This document shows positions 37,620 through 54,908 of a stretch of 64,000 bases of DNA, one piece after another. Every line of letters starts with the position of its first letter. Positions within the stretch are counted from its first letter, which is position 1. This stretch comes from Spirogloea muscicola (taxonomy: Eukaryota). The stretch covers positions 550,580 to 614,579 of the forward strand of contig WELB01000032.1 in the NCBI GenBank assembly GCA_009602725.1. The letters run 5' to 3'. The notes beneath the pieces are model-generated. The model was not told where the DNA came from. It did no database searches and was given only the letters and a program-made list of their open reading frames with translations. The position numbers were made by a program, and so were the translations under genes.

Positions 37620-40600
37620 ATGGCGGGGCGGCTCGCCGTGCCACCTCCGGTCGGCGCCGCCGATCTGCCGTCGCTGCAGCTCTTCCCGAGGCTCTGCTGC
37701 TCGCTCCGCCCGCCCCTGGCCGCCATCGGCCGCCGGGGTTCTACTTACAAGGAGGGAACCGGCGTTGGTGGAGGCGAGGTGGTGGCCGTGACGGTGCCCG
37801 GGGCTGCCACGAGGTTTGGCAAGCCGTTAGCGGCGTCCAGCTTCCTGGGGCTCCGTCTCCCGCCAGCGTTGCTGGCCTCCAACCGACAGCCTTCTGCAGG
37901 TGACCCCCGATCACAGCAGCCTATGTGTTGCGTCTCGTGGACTGTGACGAGACGAGGGATATCATCTCAAAACATTGCGATGGTGCTTCTCGCCAGATGC
38001 ACGGAAGCTACACCCGCACTGCCTGCTCGAGGCTACGAGACCTCGGCCTGCTGCTGCCAATAAAGGGAAAGGCAACTCATCCCCAGGCGCCAGCGAGCTC
38101 GCTGAGGCTGTGAAAGGAGAAGCTCACAAGTACTTTGACCAGGTATGCTGTACTGGCAAGGCCTGCTGCTGCGACACCTGCTCAACGAGCTAGTGCACAC
38201 GGTTAGCTTACGGTGGCATCTGTGTTCTGTGTTTGTGATTGGTTATCTGCTTTCTGTGTTGCATCCAGCATGCAGGCCACTGGTTTGCATAGGTCGGTCG
38301 TTGAACTCATCCCAGTCACGGCACCCATGCCTGTCATGATGAACATCACCTTGACCGTGCCATTAGGACTGATACCTGTTGACCAAAGGCCCAAGTTGTT
38401 GTATTCTGGCGAGTCTTGTACAGGTGAACATTACCGTGCGGGCAGGCGATGGAGGGAACGGAGCGGTGCTGAAAATGCCCCGCGCGGATGTGCCAGGTAA
38501 AAAGCCTGGAAGGACGGAGCAGAAGGCAAAGAAGCCCACGAGGCAGTTGAAGAGAGGAAGCAATGGCTCCGTTCTGCTCCCTAATGGAGGCCATGGAGCA
38601 GATGTGATCATCATGGCAGATGAGACCATGGATACCCTCCTAGACCTGCACCGGAAGGCCCGATATCATGCTCATCGTGGTGGCAATGTGGACTCGATGG
38701 AGGGCCTCACTCGCTGGTCCACTGACGGTCTTTCGCCTCCAGCACTACGTATCCTAGTCCCAGTCGGTAACCCCTCCAGGATCTTCGTTTAGAGACCTGG
38801 TTGATTGTGGCTGCTTGAATGGGCACCGTCAGCGTATCAGAACTGCCCACATAAGTCTATCCGCGTATTTGTGCAAGACTGCTAGGTATCAGTAGTCGCA
38901 TCGCAGTATAGTACGTGTAGCTGAGATGCCATCTAAGTGCCTGCAGGGACGGTGGTCAAGCGGAAGCGTAACGGAAAGGTCCTAAGCGATCTCACCAATC
39001 ACGGAGATGAAGTGCTTGTGGGGCGCGGTGGACGCGGCGGAGTAAGTACTGTGTGAGCTTGGACTAGGTTGCCTAGCCCGTTGGTAGACTTCCAGCAGTA
39101 ATAAGAGGCGGTGAGGTGTTGCTTTCTTTTGACTCTTTGAGCAGCAGCTAGGTGTATTTGTGATATCGGCTGTACTGCTACTTTACATGATACACCACCA
39201 GGAGGAACATTGATGCAAGTAAGCCACACCGGTGTCAAGGTTACTGCAGTTAAGTGTGTTGGAGATACCTCAAAGCAACCGAGCACATCTGAGGCCAGGG
39301 AATGTACACAGGGACTCCGTACACATAGCAGATGCTGATGACAAGGTAAGTTCTTCCTACTGCGAGAACTTTCTGTACCGTGCCACAATGCGTCAGTCCA
39401 CCTTAACATTATTCGGTGTGAGCAAGACAAAGATGTGACCTTGCATCTAGAGGGACTTGATGATATTTGTCCTCGGTGCTTACATTGGAAAGCTGCTGTC
39501 CGGCTTTGGCAGAAGCTGACCTATGGATTGCCTGGGGAGGAGATTGGCTTGGAGCTTACCTTGAGAGTTGTTGCAGATGTCGGTCTTGTGGTCAGCTCAA
39601 CTTCCTTCCACTTTGTGTCTCTGCGTAGCAAGAGGGTCGGCTAGTTTGCTTGATTTGGATGCCTCATCAATGGTCATATACTCTGCATCTGGCATCTGGA
39701 ATGGCAATTGCTGGTATGGAGTTGCAAGTACTTGTCAATGTGATGTCCACCGCTTGAGCAGTAGTGAAAGCATCTGATATGCCTTCCCCTCTTGTTATGC
39801 CAGGGACTTCCCAATGCGGGGAAGTCCTCCTTATTAGCTGCCGTGACGGCTGCTAAGCCCGAGATTGCAGCATACCCCTTCACCACACTAATGCCCAACT
39901 TGGGCCGAGTACGAGGCGCTGGTGACGCCATGGACGGGGGTTTTGCCAATGGGGCAACCCTTGCCGATCTGCCTGGGCTAATCGAAGGAGCAAGTGGTGG
40001 CAAGGTATTACTCTGCTTTCTGAGCTCCTCCAGAACGTCCCAGTGTAAATTAGCATAACGGACTTACTATGCAAGTGTCATCTCATCTTCCCTTGATCTG
40101 ATCTGCGAGAGTCTTGTGTTTGCAGGGGCTAGGGAAGATGTTCCTGAGGCATCTGCGCCATACCAAGCTGATGGTGCACCTTTTGGACGCCTCCACTACT
40201 GACCCAATGAGTGACTACGGGATCCTAAGGGAGGTTAGCAACTACACTGGATTCTGCCCGCTGCCTGACAACTTGGGATCCAACCAAATCCATGCAATTA
40301 TCCGTGCATATTGGCATGCAGTGCCAGTTGGTATTGTACCTCAACGCTCGAGGGCAGTCATTCATACTCGTATCTGCAACCTTTTCCCAAGCAGGAGTTA
40401 AGATTGTACAACCCTGAGTACACAGCAAGGCCACATATTGTGGTACTCAACAAGATTGACTTACCTCGGGTAAATTATTCAAAAGCTTTGTGAAAGATAG
40501 CTCGTAAGTATGTTAGTACCAGAACTTGAGGTCTGTGCAGTTTGTTGGACTTAAAGACGTCATTGTATGAAGCGCCCTACAATGCCAGATACCTCATATG

Positions 40601-41216
40601 CAGCAATAACAATGCTGACATTGCATCTGCAGGCAGCACAGCAAGTGGAGGACCTTAAGAGTCGCCTCCAACCAGCACAACAGGCAGATAAGGGCCCTGA
40701 TGAGAATATACGATGCAGCACATCCCTTCTTCCTGAAGACACAAGCATCAGTGCACTGGGACATGACAGCCTGACATCTGATCGACTGCTACCTCGAGAG
40801 GAGGATGATTGGGCTGCGAAATCATCAATAAGGAGTGCGCAAGGGATGCCGGATGTCACAGGTGGTGGCAGGCCACTTCCAGGAGATGGTGATATGGATC
40901 CTAAGGAAGTAGGAGGGAAGGAGTCCTCTCCATGTGCAGTCGTGGCCATCAGTGCTAAGTGAGTATAGTCATTTTGATGTTAATGCGTGGCTCCCTCCTT
41001 TTCAAGCTTGTTCATGCAAGAGTTCAGATGTTGAAAGTGCTCAGGTCAAGTCCTGATGATGCAGTACAAGATATCTGCAGGGAGGGGATGGGCATTGAGG
41101 AGCTTCTCCACCAGATCCATTTAGCGCTGCGCAATGAGGAGAAACGCAATAAGACAAGACCTGACTCCTCAATTAGCAAGCCATTGCTGATAAAAGAAGC
41201 ACAGTGGCAAGTTTGA
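37620..41216 (+). CDS. OBGC2: Plastid-type Obg GTPase (OBGC2-like)
   Basis: [74 protein letters not shown]. Confidence 0.9.
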
Positions 41217-42241
41217 GTGACTTATGATTATTCATGGAGCTCAAACCGCTGGGAACCCCATTTGATTATCATCCTTGTAGCTAGGTGTATAGTACAGGCA
41301 CAGGTCAGAATGAGACTACATGTTCACAACAGATGCTCAGTAGTCAGACACAGTAGCACTTACTCTGAGGTCGACTTGTCGACATATGCTGGAGGAAAGG
41401 CAAGATAAGTATTAGATCTGTCCTCAAGTCAAATAGTCTTAGCTAGACCCTCACTGTCCCAGTCATAACTGCTGTTGTCGTCAAATGTTACAATGTATGC
41501 AGTACTTGCAATTGTCATATGTTGTATCTTTCACTAGGTTTCTGTCAACTAGCTGAATGCACTTACGTGCAGGGTGAAACGTCCTCCATGTATTGGTTAT
41601 GGTCACAAGCACTTCCAAACGAGCAGCAGGCTTCCCCCTTCCACCTGCTTGAAGTACTTTATCATTCACAGTACAAATTGCAAGATACTGACTGGAGAAT
41701 TTTGGCATGTTTAGTCAGGCAGCAAACACTGAAGCATTCTGCTCAACAGCCTACACTAGCAGCCTCACTTCCGCTTCTGACGTGTTCATGCTGAATGTGC
41801 CAAAGAAAGCATGACTGAAAACAAGTCAGAATTGCAATGAATGCAACCAAGAGCTTCTGCAAATTGCCCAATACCGCATCTACTTGCACTTCACCAGGAG
41901 TAAGGCCTGGCTATCACAGCCTGAGTGTGCTGATAGAATTTGTGAGTTAGATATACTGCAATGTTTTCGGTCTGCCAATGACATGAGACATCCAAATGAC
42001 ATGCAGATGACATATGCAGGTGCACATGCGGTTGTCGTGGCACATTAGTAGTAGCATTGTGCAATTTAGATGTGAGGCCAAAGTTTTCTTATAGATAAAG
42101 CTGGGCCTGTCAATTGCAAATATCACATGTGCAGTATAGCTTCATGGAGTATTGGCCGCAGGACTTCGGCATAAGGACTGGCATCCTGTACTGTACAATC
42201 CACGTCTAAATTGTATGTCTCCAAACGCTACTACTATGTGC

Positions 42242-45020
<2,779 letters not shown>

Positions 45021-45390
45021 CGTCCCGGAGAAACCCCAGCGAGGCAAAACGGGGGTTTTCGGCCCACATGGCGAAGCGGCCCGGGCCCAGCCCCGGAGTT
45101 GGAACGCGGACCACGTCACCCCTGGGACGACCAACGTCTGGATGACCCCGAAGTCCCCCCTCCAGAAACCCCAAACCCGTGACCACGTCCTGCCGGGCTT
45201 TACTCCTCTCACCGCCTGCTACTCTCGGCCCTGCTCGTCTGCCGTGGCTGGCCACCCGCGGCCTGCCGCCGCCGGCGCAGGCAGCCCTTGGCTGCGCCGG
45301 CGTGCCGCCTCGTCGCCTGGACGCGTCCTCCGAGTCGCCCGTCGGCTGTCTGAGACGTGTGTGCAGTTGGCGATAGTGCCGCCGACAGCC

Positions 45391-47035
45391 ATGGCCACCG
45401 CGGCCCGGCCGCTGGCTGCAGGCTGGCGGCCGGGGGAGGACCCCAACGGGCGTGACGGGCCCGGCCGCACGCCGCTGCACCGCCTCTGCCAGCGCGGCAG
45501 CCTGTCGCCGGCCGAGTTCGCCGACGTGCGGCGGCTGCTGGACGCCGGCGCGGACGCCAATGCGCGCGACAGCTTCGGACGGGCGCCCCTGGGCCTCGTG
45601 TGCATGGAGAGCGGCGACGCCGCCGCTGCGCGCACGCTGCTCGCTGCCGGGGCCCGCGAGGACGCTCAGGACGACTGGGGAAGGTGAGCGGTGGCCGCCA
45701 CGCCCTGCTTCCTTCCCTGGTGGGGGCCAAAGGGGGGAGGCATTATGGTCCCGCTTGTGGTCAAAACCTTCTGATCCTGCTCAGCCACCGTTCTCCGTGT
45801 GGTAAAGAGGGGTCGTTCACCGGGATGGAGAGGGAGTGGGGGGATCGTGTGGGGCTTCTGCACAGTCTTTCCGAATGCTCGAGTGCCTCGGTCTCCGTTT
45901 CCGAGACAACTCCACTGTCTGATGGCATGCAGGGCGGCATTGCATTGGTGCTGCGACCGCGGGTGGGTAGAAGCCGCCAGGGTGCTCCTGCAACATGGGG
46001 CTGACGTCAACATACTCACCAAGGTCTGTCCTACCAGCATGTTCTGTTGATTGCTGGATTGCCAAAAGGCAGGAGAGCAGTTGCAGATTGATCCCCATGT
46101 CCTCCCGCTAGGCGAGGTCTGTGCAGGTCCACGTGTATCAAATTTGTGCTTAGATGTTGAGATTATCAAATGTGCAGCTGTGTTACTGCCAAGCATGCAC
46201 CTCACTTCTATGCTTTAGGGCCAAGTTGAGCAAGGCGTGACATTGCTGCTCGCAGCAAGGTGACAGTCCACTGCTCTGGGCCGCCAAAGGGGGCCACATC
46301 GAGTTGGTGACGTTGTTGTTGGAAAGCGGTGAGCAGTGACTCTGACCTCAGCTTACAAGCATTGTCCAATTTTGACTCCAATCTTTGCTGCGTGCAGTTG
46401 CTCATAGCAATCCTTGGTATATACTACCAGTTCATGCTAGTCACAGTGATAGTCTACCGTTCTCAGATTCTGCTTGGCCCATATACTGCAGGTGCAAATG
46501 TTCTTTTGCAGAACAACAGGGACGAGACTCCACTCGACGTTAGCAAAGATGATCGCATCAGAAAGTTGTTACTTGGTAAGTGAATCTCAAACTTCAGAGC
46601 ATTCAAGCAGGTGTACCATCAGTCACAAGTGGCATCGTATATTTGGGTGCTGCTGATGCTTCTGGACGTTATGGAAGCTGTCATTTAGTGGAGGGGTTGC
46701 CTCTCAGCGAAGCCACCCTGAGAAAACTTACTATGACGTTAATCTTATGAAATGCAGTAAAGCGGGTGAATATAGCTGCTGACCTCGGGCAGTCGAGTCC
46801 AAGAATGGCTGGGGAGCGTGCTGCTGTGGAGGGTAGTGGCTCTGATGCAGCGCACGGGGCTGCTGATGCTCCGACTGGCCCAAATGGGGGGCCAGAGCCG
46901 AGGATAAAGAGTGTGTCTTCCAGGAGCGGGCATGTACAGGGCGCGGCTGCGCCCGCCTTCTCGTCTTACAGCAGACAGCTTCCTGGCACAGTGCCCAGCA
47001 GCAAAAAGATCAAAATCAGCTTGAAGAAGAAGTGA
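45391..47035 (+). CDS. Small ankyrin-repeat protein
   Basis: GRTPLHRL, LLDAGADANARDSFGRAPL, G|RAALHWCC..LLQHGADVN, NNRDETPLDV and a basic C-terminus. Start codon inferred. Confidence 0.8.
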
Positions 47036-47520
47036 CATGCTGTGCATTTGTCGGTGGCCTACACTCCTTGCCGCGTACCGCATGATGCCATGCTGAAGTG
47101 GTCGAGCGCAAACGTGGAACCTTATGGTCGCCAATCTCACTACAAGTCTCCGTTCAGCATGCCTTTGATCGCTGGACCTGTGACAGAAGTTTGCTAGGCA
47201 CTTCTCCACGCTCTGCAGTCACCTCAGTGGCATCGAAGGTCATCAGGCGACGGGCGACGGCGGTGCAGAGCTCGCAGTTGAGGAGGCCAAGGAGAGGGCC
47301 GCAGACGTGCTGACAGAGCGGCGAGCGAGGTGGACGAGTAAGCTGTCACGTCGCGGGTGCGACTGCAGGCGAGCTGGAGCCCAGGTTGGCGGTCTCAGGG
47401 GTTTGCGAGACTACAGGCCTCAAATGGGAAAAGCCGTTTCAAAGTGATGTACACTCGACACAGCTGGAATCTAAGGTTAGGGGTTTACCAGACATACATC
47501 GCCCGCGCAGCAAGCCCGCC

Positions 47521-47553
47521 ATGGCGGCCGAGGCCGGGGTCGCCGCCGCCGGG

Positions 47554-47586
<33 letters not shown>

Positions 47587-50500
47587 TCCTCTNCCGCCCC
47601 CGCCGCCGCCGCCGAGGCGCCGCCACGGCCGCAGGACGGCGCTGCGGCGGCCGGCGCGGGGCTTGACCGCCGCACGGTCTTCGTGCGGAGCGTGGCGTTT
47701 GCCACCAGCGAGGCAGCGGTGCGCAGCGTCCAGCGGCAGGCTGCCCGTCGCCTGGCTGCCGCTTTCTCTGGCTCGGGCGAGAATGGACGATGCCGCGCAG
47801 CTGTCAACCTCTCGGGCTCGTTCGTTGTGATGATGGCCGCCGCCATGGCCGTCGGCGCGCCTTGTGCAGCTTGAGGAGGCCTTTGCCGAAGTGGGCCCTG
47901 TTCGCAAATGCTTCCTGGTCCGCCAGAAAGGTAAGAGGTTTACCGGATAACCGCTGCCGGAGATGCCTAATGCTGCATTTGCCCGTTGCCAACATTGACG
48001 CTGCTGGGCAGCACAAGTCAAGCGCTGAAGTATGCCGAGTTGCTGCTTCCTGTAATAGTTGGTTACTGATTCGGCTGTGAGGTGGCCGGTGTCATGCAGG
48101 TGCCAAGTACCACCGCGGCTTTGGTTTCGTCCAATTGTGGGTTTCCCAGCTTCAGTACAAGCTTGAGCAGATCTCTCACAATGTACAGTCACAGTCGTCG
48201 CATTCATGAGATACTTGCACAGAGTGCAAACAAGGGCGTCTGAAACCCTGACTGCGGCGCCCAACTGACTGGGAAGCTAATCCATGGCAGTCAACCTGCT
48301 CTGCCGGCAGTGCCCTGCCAGAGGATGCCGAGCGAGCTGCCCAGATCAAGCATGGTGCGCTCTTGGATGGCCGCAAGCTCAAGGTCGAGGTTGCCAAGAA
48401 GCGCGCCCCGTTTGAGCAGCGCAGGCAGCAGAAGCAACCACGTATGCACCTTCCCATCTTTCTCATTTGCGATCACAGGGTATATGATGGCTTGTGTACT
48501 TACTCATATTCGCATGCGGTGTGAGCTTACTCATATTCCCATGCGGTGTGAGCCCTAGGGTATAAGACCTTAGACCTCTTAGACCTGCAAGCCACTGACT
48601 TTGACTGTACATCTCATACCAAGTTTTGTGATGAGGCAGCTGTTGGCCAGGCAGCACAGGAGACAGCACCAAACCTACCTGCTGGAAGTCTTGTAGCTGC
48701 CGTCCATTCTGATTCCAAAGAGAGTGGGCAAGCCAAGAAGGGCCAGGGTGAAGTAAATGGCAGGGATGTTGCTGGCAAGAGTGTTGAAGAAGGAAAAGGT
48801 GCCGTCTTTTGTCTTGCACTCGTCAGACTGTGTGAAAGACCGTAGGTAGCAGGACCACCTATCCCTATGTGGCCGTGTGTTCACCAAGCTGCGTACTCCC
48901 TGTTAAATTGATGTTGTGGCTGTGCTGGTCTACGAAGTATTGGGATGCTACTGACGTATTATCATTAGTCAGTCAGAAGGTTGATGCTAAGCTGGAGAAG
49001 CTCAAATGCCACATTTGTTGTGTGAAGATGGTGCAAAGCCTTTGAAAAGGAAGAAGTTGAGCAATACAGCCAAAAAGAATGCTGCACCCCAGATGACTTC
49101 TCAGAAGCAAAGGTATAATAACGCAATTGTGTGTTGCGTACTTTATTTGGTGCATATGATCCAGACTATTGTGCACTGCACTTTCTTCTGCTTGATGATG
49201 TTTCACTAGCATCTTCGCATGTGACGTCACGATAATGACAATTACGAGGATGGTCACATACAGTCCTGAATTTGTTGCCACATGTATTGTAGCCTTGATG
49301 TACTTTGGGGTAGTAGTGAGGGGTCTTCCTGCGAGCTTCTTGTGCAGACCAGCAAGAACGGTCGTCTTTGGCGGGATCATAAATGACTCTGTCCGTGATG
49401 GACTGCTCAAGAAGGTGGAGGCCATTGGCTCGATTGAGGATGCCGCAAGGCTTATGCCAGAAGAGCAGCTGAAAAATTGTGGTACACCTCAACTTCAAAG
49501 TTTGACTCTCTATGTCTTCATGCTCATCCAGTAAGACAGAGCAGAATTGTGCACAGCAAATGGGCTTGCATGGTCGAGTCAACAATGCCAAGTATGTGTG
49601 TGTACTTGCAGGACTCCTCAAGGATGGCTGCAAGCCACCCGCTTTGGAGGTCGTCTTCTCGTCTGTCCACCTAGCAACAAAGGCGGTGGAGTTGCTACAT
49701 GGTCAGCAGTTTCAGGGTGCCACCATCTGGGCACGACAACTGGGAGGGGAGGTGAGATTTTTATTACATCAATCTCGGTGCAGTGTACGCCGCTGACGTC
49801 GCCTTCTTCAGTGGACAGTACTCGTCATGCAATGGCACAGTTCTTCGTTGATGACCTTTATCCTGCTGCGCTCTTTCTCAGATGCTTGGGTTGCTCAATA
49901 ATGATGACAGGGTGCAAAGTGGAGGAAGTGGAGAGTCATCGTCCGAAATTTACCGTTCCAGGTATCAACTGGTTGACAAATAGGAACCGCTACGCTCTCT
50001 CAAGCTCCAAAGGTGCAGCAAGTGAGCTTAATGCTGCACTACAATATCTGACAACATTAGTGATATGCAGATTAAAGAGGCAGAGCTGGCCAGCCTACTC
50101 GCAAGAGCTGGCACCGTCCGAGAGGTCACCATTCCTGGCATAGCAGACAACAAGTGAGACTTGGGCGCCAGTCTTTTCTGCTGAGAGTGCCCATATAGAG
50201 GATGCTCCAAACAGTGGCTCTGAGTTCGACATGACTCACCTTGACTGGAGCTTGATTGTAGCAGTTGCTTTCTAGTCATGTTTACCCTCTTATGCTTTCT
50301 TCAAAGGGCACTTATTGTCAGGTTTGCTGACGAGCTCGCAATGCATGCTGCATGCTTGCAGAGTTCGTGGATTTGCGTTTGTTGCCTATCACAATAAAGC
50401 TGCTGCAGAAAAGGCAAGTGGTGCACACAAATGAGTTGCTTGGTACCAACACCTCCAGAAGTGCATGATGGTGCAGACATGTTATTTTCTACACTGAGTC

Positions 50501-53500
50501 CTTGGATGGTCACAGTCGCATACACCAACTTGGACCAGGTAGATTGGTGTACTTGCTGTTTGTTGCGGCTAGATGACGTACTTCTGTGATTTTGTGAAAG
50601 ACAGGCAGTGACTCTACTCAATGGACTTGAAATACATAAGCGACCCGTGGCAGTTGACTGGGCTGTGCCCAAGGCAAAGTACGAAGTTGTGGCTGCACAG
50701 CTCCAAGCGACTGCAGGTGAGAGCTTGAACACTTTAAGAATGTCATGGAAGCTCTATATATGTGTGACTGCCAGATCCGCAAGCCATAAATATGTATTTG
50801 GGTACTCTGAGCAGAGCAAATGGAGGACATTGGAGGTACTATGGATTCAGATGATGATGGAACTTACGAAAGCATAGAAGAGAATGTCGACACAAGTGAA
50901 GGTGGAAAGACAGCAACTCCTGCAGTAACAGGAAGTCCTCAAGCTCAGTCGAGAACCTCAGTGGGGGAGGTCAGCCAAGGAAGCAGGATGCCAGGCCCGG
51001 ACGTTGATGCCAAGGAGGAGAGCATCAAGTCAGATGCGCAGCTGGCATCTGAACACAGGCAGGACTTTCCAGAGAACGAAGAGGAAGTAGTCAGGAAGGT
51101 ACTATTGAAGGTTCTGTCAAGGCGGACTGCCGCTGTTCCACAACTTGCAAGTGGCCTGTCCACCAGCTCCGCAAGCTTTGGCGAAGGCGGAGCATGTGCT
51201 GAGCCTGCGGATGAGAAGGAAGCAGAGGAAGCAGAGGAAGGGGGGAGTCAAGGAGAAGGAGAGGTTGATGACATCGAGGACCTGTCAAGGATGTCCAACC
51301 CAGCTAGTACTTCGCGGATGGAGAATTCTGGAGATGGGGTTACTGGTGCCACAATCTTTGTGAGACAGTTGCCGGCAGGTCTGAAGATTGCAGACCTCCG
51401 AGCCTGCTTCTCTGCTTACGGCAAAGTCAGATCCTGCCGTCTGGTGTTGCATCCAGTGACAAGGTGTTCTTCTATCCACATAAGCTTCTGCAGTATGCCA
51501 CTTAACTGAACATGTTCTCATGGAAGCGTCTGCAGTAGGTCACTCGATTGTGTTCCTCGAATGGTGGTGCATGAGTGTACCCTGCAGCTGTGCAGTCATA
51601 GTCCATGAGGTTCTTTGAGGTACTGAGCCCTCAAAGAGATGTACTGGCATCTGTCTGGTGAACAGGAGACCGAAGGGGACTGCATTCCTCGAATTCATAA
51701 AATATGAGGATGCAGAGGCGGCTGTGCAGGCTTGTAAGAAGCAAGGGGTGTACATAATGGGCAAGGCCCTTTCAGTTGACATGGCAGTGGACAAGCAAGA
51801 GGCTCGTACATTGGCCAGATCGAACAGCCGACATGAAAGAGAGCGTGACCGGCGAAATCTGTATCTGCTTGAGGTGTATGCTCATTCCCCTGCATGCTTT
51901 AGTGCAAGGCGCTCTTACTGCTGGCCATTCTACTGACATCCTCGTGATTGTTGTGCTGACTTGTGTTCCGCGATGTATGGGAGTCCAGGCTGAAGTGCAC
52001 CTCATCCTTCTGAGCATGACAGGAGGGCCTCATCAGAGATGGGTCTGCTGCTGGACGGGAGATGTCAAAACACGATACTCTCAAACGTGACAGGTAAGGC
52101 AGATGTCACTCAGGAGTAAGTAGCTCCTGTGCAAGGAGCGCCTATTGTCAATCTGTTGCCTGACTGGGATTCTAAAATTCGAGACTGTAGTATGATTACC
52201 GTGTGTGATTATGGCATCACAGATCCAGCTGCGACTCCTGTGTGCATGTCGCCTGCAGACTAGGAACTGAGAAGCAGTTGAAGTTGGCAAGCCCAAACTT
52301 CTATGTATCACCGACACGGTTACTTGTTCACAACATCCCCAAGAACATGACAGAGAAAGAATTGAGGATTCTCTTTCTCGACGCTGTGAAGAGTCGCGCA
52401 ACCAAGCAAAGCCCAACAATCAAGCAGGTCAGCCTCTTATTTTTACTATTTACAGCTATCTACGTGTTGCTTGACCTGCAGGTTGAGAAGCGAGGGAGCC
52501 GAACACTCACACATACTTGGAAGCTTTCTCTATTGTATTCCACCAAGCTGTGGAGTGTCTCTTGTCTGTGAAGGTCAAGATACTTGCGGACAGCAGTAAG
52601 AAGGATGCGAAAGGGGCACCCAGGTCTCGAGGTGCTGGTTTTGTGGAATTTGTCGAGCACCAGCACGCACTTGTAGCTCTCAGGGTACTCAACAACAATC
52701 CAGGTACCAGTACCTTTGCGTATTCAGCATCTAGTACCTTTGCATGTTCTAGCATCCAGGTTGCCTAGCCCTGGTTTCAAGATGTGCCCTGGTGTCAAGT
52801 TGTGGCAATTCTACATCATTCTACTGTGCTGCTGCAGTGTGGAAGCTGATAGCAACCCCGTGCCTGCTATGTACAGAAATATTTGGGTCAGAGTGCAGGC
52901 CAATCATAGAGTTTGCGATTGAGAATAGTCTTGTGTTGAAGCAACGTGCAACACTGAAGGCAAAGGCTGAACTGGCTGAGGCAAACAAAACGAAGGTGGT
53001 GCAAGCTGCCTCCAGCAATCATCTGCTAGAGCACCCATTGCATCATGGGAGAATTACTTCTCACAAGGTTGTGAAGGGAATACAACACTCTGAGAGGGCA
53101 ACAGGCAGAGGCTTTCGTGACAACAATGCAGGCAAGAGGAAGAAGCAGGAGAATGTAGAAGTGCCACTAGCAACGTCGTCAAAAGGAGTAACGAGCACAC
53201 AAGCCAGTCTGCCAGCTGCAGCTGTTGCGACAAAGGCCAGCACGCCTGATGCATTGGCTGCTGGACAGCATGCCAACCGTGGGAAGAAGGGGCAGACCAA
53301 GACAAGGAGGAAGGCCGTGACGGAGGTTGCTGATACCAAGCAGGTGAGTCTGGTACTATTCCTGGATAGCACTTCAGTCGACCATTTGGTTGCATCTCTT
53401 GACTTTGACTCTAACGCTGCTCTCAGGTTGTGGCGCTTTGATGCATACTCCCGTTGATTCTGCATATCCCTCGTACTTAGATCGCCCCCCCAGGCTCACA

Positions 53501-53772
53501 AGTACGACCAATGACTGGCTCACATGGACTTGTTCTGAGTGCAGCTTGAACCTAGAGTGCCATCAAGGGTGGGTAAGCAACAGCCTGCTCCGCAAGACGT
53601 AGAGAGTAGGAGAGCGAAGAAGCGGAAAGTACGAGAGGACACATTAGAGCAACTTGTGGCTGATTACCGTAAGAAGCTTGTCGCTGGCAACGGACCAGTC
53701 AGTGGCAAGCAGCTGCAGCAGCGGACAAGGCAGTTGGTCAATGGCAATGACATACGACGGTGGTATGAGTAG
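47521..53772 (+). CDS. RBM28: RNA-binding protein 28/Nop4-like (multi-RRM)
   Basis: [89 protein letters not shown]. Confidence 0.9.
48499..48552 (+). repeat. Intronic 27-bp tandem duplication
   Basis: cttactcatattc(g/c)catgcggtgtgag twice. Confidence 0.9.
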
Positions 53773-54214
53773 CTGTTGCCACCCTCCCGTATCTTATGAG
53801 TCGCGCGCTGTTGTGCTGCTCTTTAATCTGCTTGTGGCTCTCAAGCTTTTCCACAGGAGCACTATTGCAGAAGCTTTGTCAGCAGGCAGCAATGTGCAAG
53901 CCAGAGGTGAGGGTCGAGCCAGCACGCCAGCACGGGTCCGTGCAGCAGCTGCAGCATGCAGGGGGAATGTTGTGCATGATTCAGCTGCTGCTAGATTATG
54001 GGGTTTGCCTTCAAGTAGGTGGCTGCCGAGTTGCCAGCAGATAAGGAGCCAGTGGGCAAGTCTGCTTGGCCACAAAGGGCCCACACGTGACAGGATGAGT
54101 GAGCCTTTGACTCACTGGGTTGCAGCCGGCAGGGCTGTAGGTGCTGTGTCACTGAGGTGGAAAGGATCCTTCTGCATATCTGCCCCTGCAAGTCACAGAA
54201 TGCTCCTTCACCAA

Positions 54215-54625
54215 AATAATGCGCCCTCCGAAAGCCAGAGGCTGCAGCGAGAGCACGGCCAGCACGCAACTGCAAGGTGTGGGCCATGGACCGCTGGAGA
54301 GCCACTTTCTTCCATTCAATTTAGCCACCTTAGCATAGAGAGAGACGCTTCCGTGCGAGGGCGGTGGCTAGGAGCGGCCAGCCCAGAAAAGCGAATGAAC
54401 AAAGGTTAGCCTTAGCAGCCCCTTAGCATAGGGCTTCGATTCAAGTAGCCTTCTTTGTGTGCGCTAGTTTCTGCCCTGAACGATGTCGGCCTTCCTTTCA
54501 TGACATGTGCGCACCGCGCGCGCCTTTTATCTTTTCCCACCCCTAAACACACACTCCATTGTCAACTCTTTTTCGGGCTGGCTTTTCACAGCCCTTGCCC
54601 TCATTGGGAGTGCCCCTTCTTCCAA
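54215..54625. mobile_element. CRE-like fragments upstream of the DGAT2-like gene
   Basis: Family H ORF piece 54215-54305 (-, LQRSMAHTLQLRAGRALAAASGFRR); UTR pieces at 54355-54410 (-), 54485-54535 (+, C-like) and 54555-54625 (+, G). Confidence 0.8.
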
Positions 54626-54803
54626 TGCACACTCCCTTCCGGAAAGAGCCGCTTCTTCTCCTTCGCGGGCCGCCCACCAGTCAGCCGCCGGCTCGCCCCC
54701 GCGTGGCGTGACGCCCGCTCTGACGTGCGCAGCGAGGCCGCCCAACCCCGGCCTGGCCAGCCCAGCGCCACGCCCGCCGCCGTAGCCGCCGCCGCCCGCG
54801 GTC

Positions 54804-54811
54804 ATGCTGCC

Positions 54812-54908
<97 letters not shown>

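Noticed and set aside
47395..47490. Telo-box-like ttaggggttt upstream of RBM28
   Set aside because: It has four G's rather than the canonical TTAGGGTTT. Plausible for a ribosome-biogenesis gene but too weak to call.
48675..48887. Minus-strand hydrophobic ORF nested in RBM28
   Set aside because: It is the antisense of a plus-strand RBM28 exon ([19 protein letters not shown]..).
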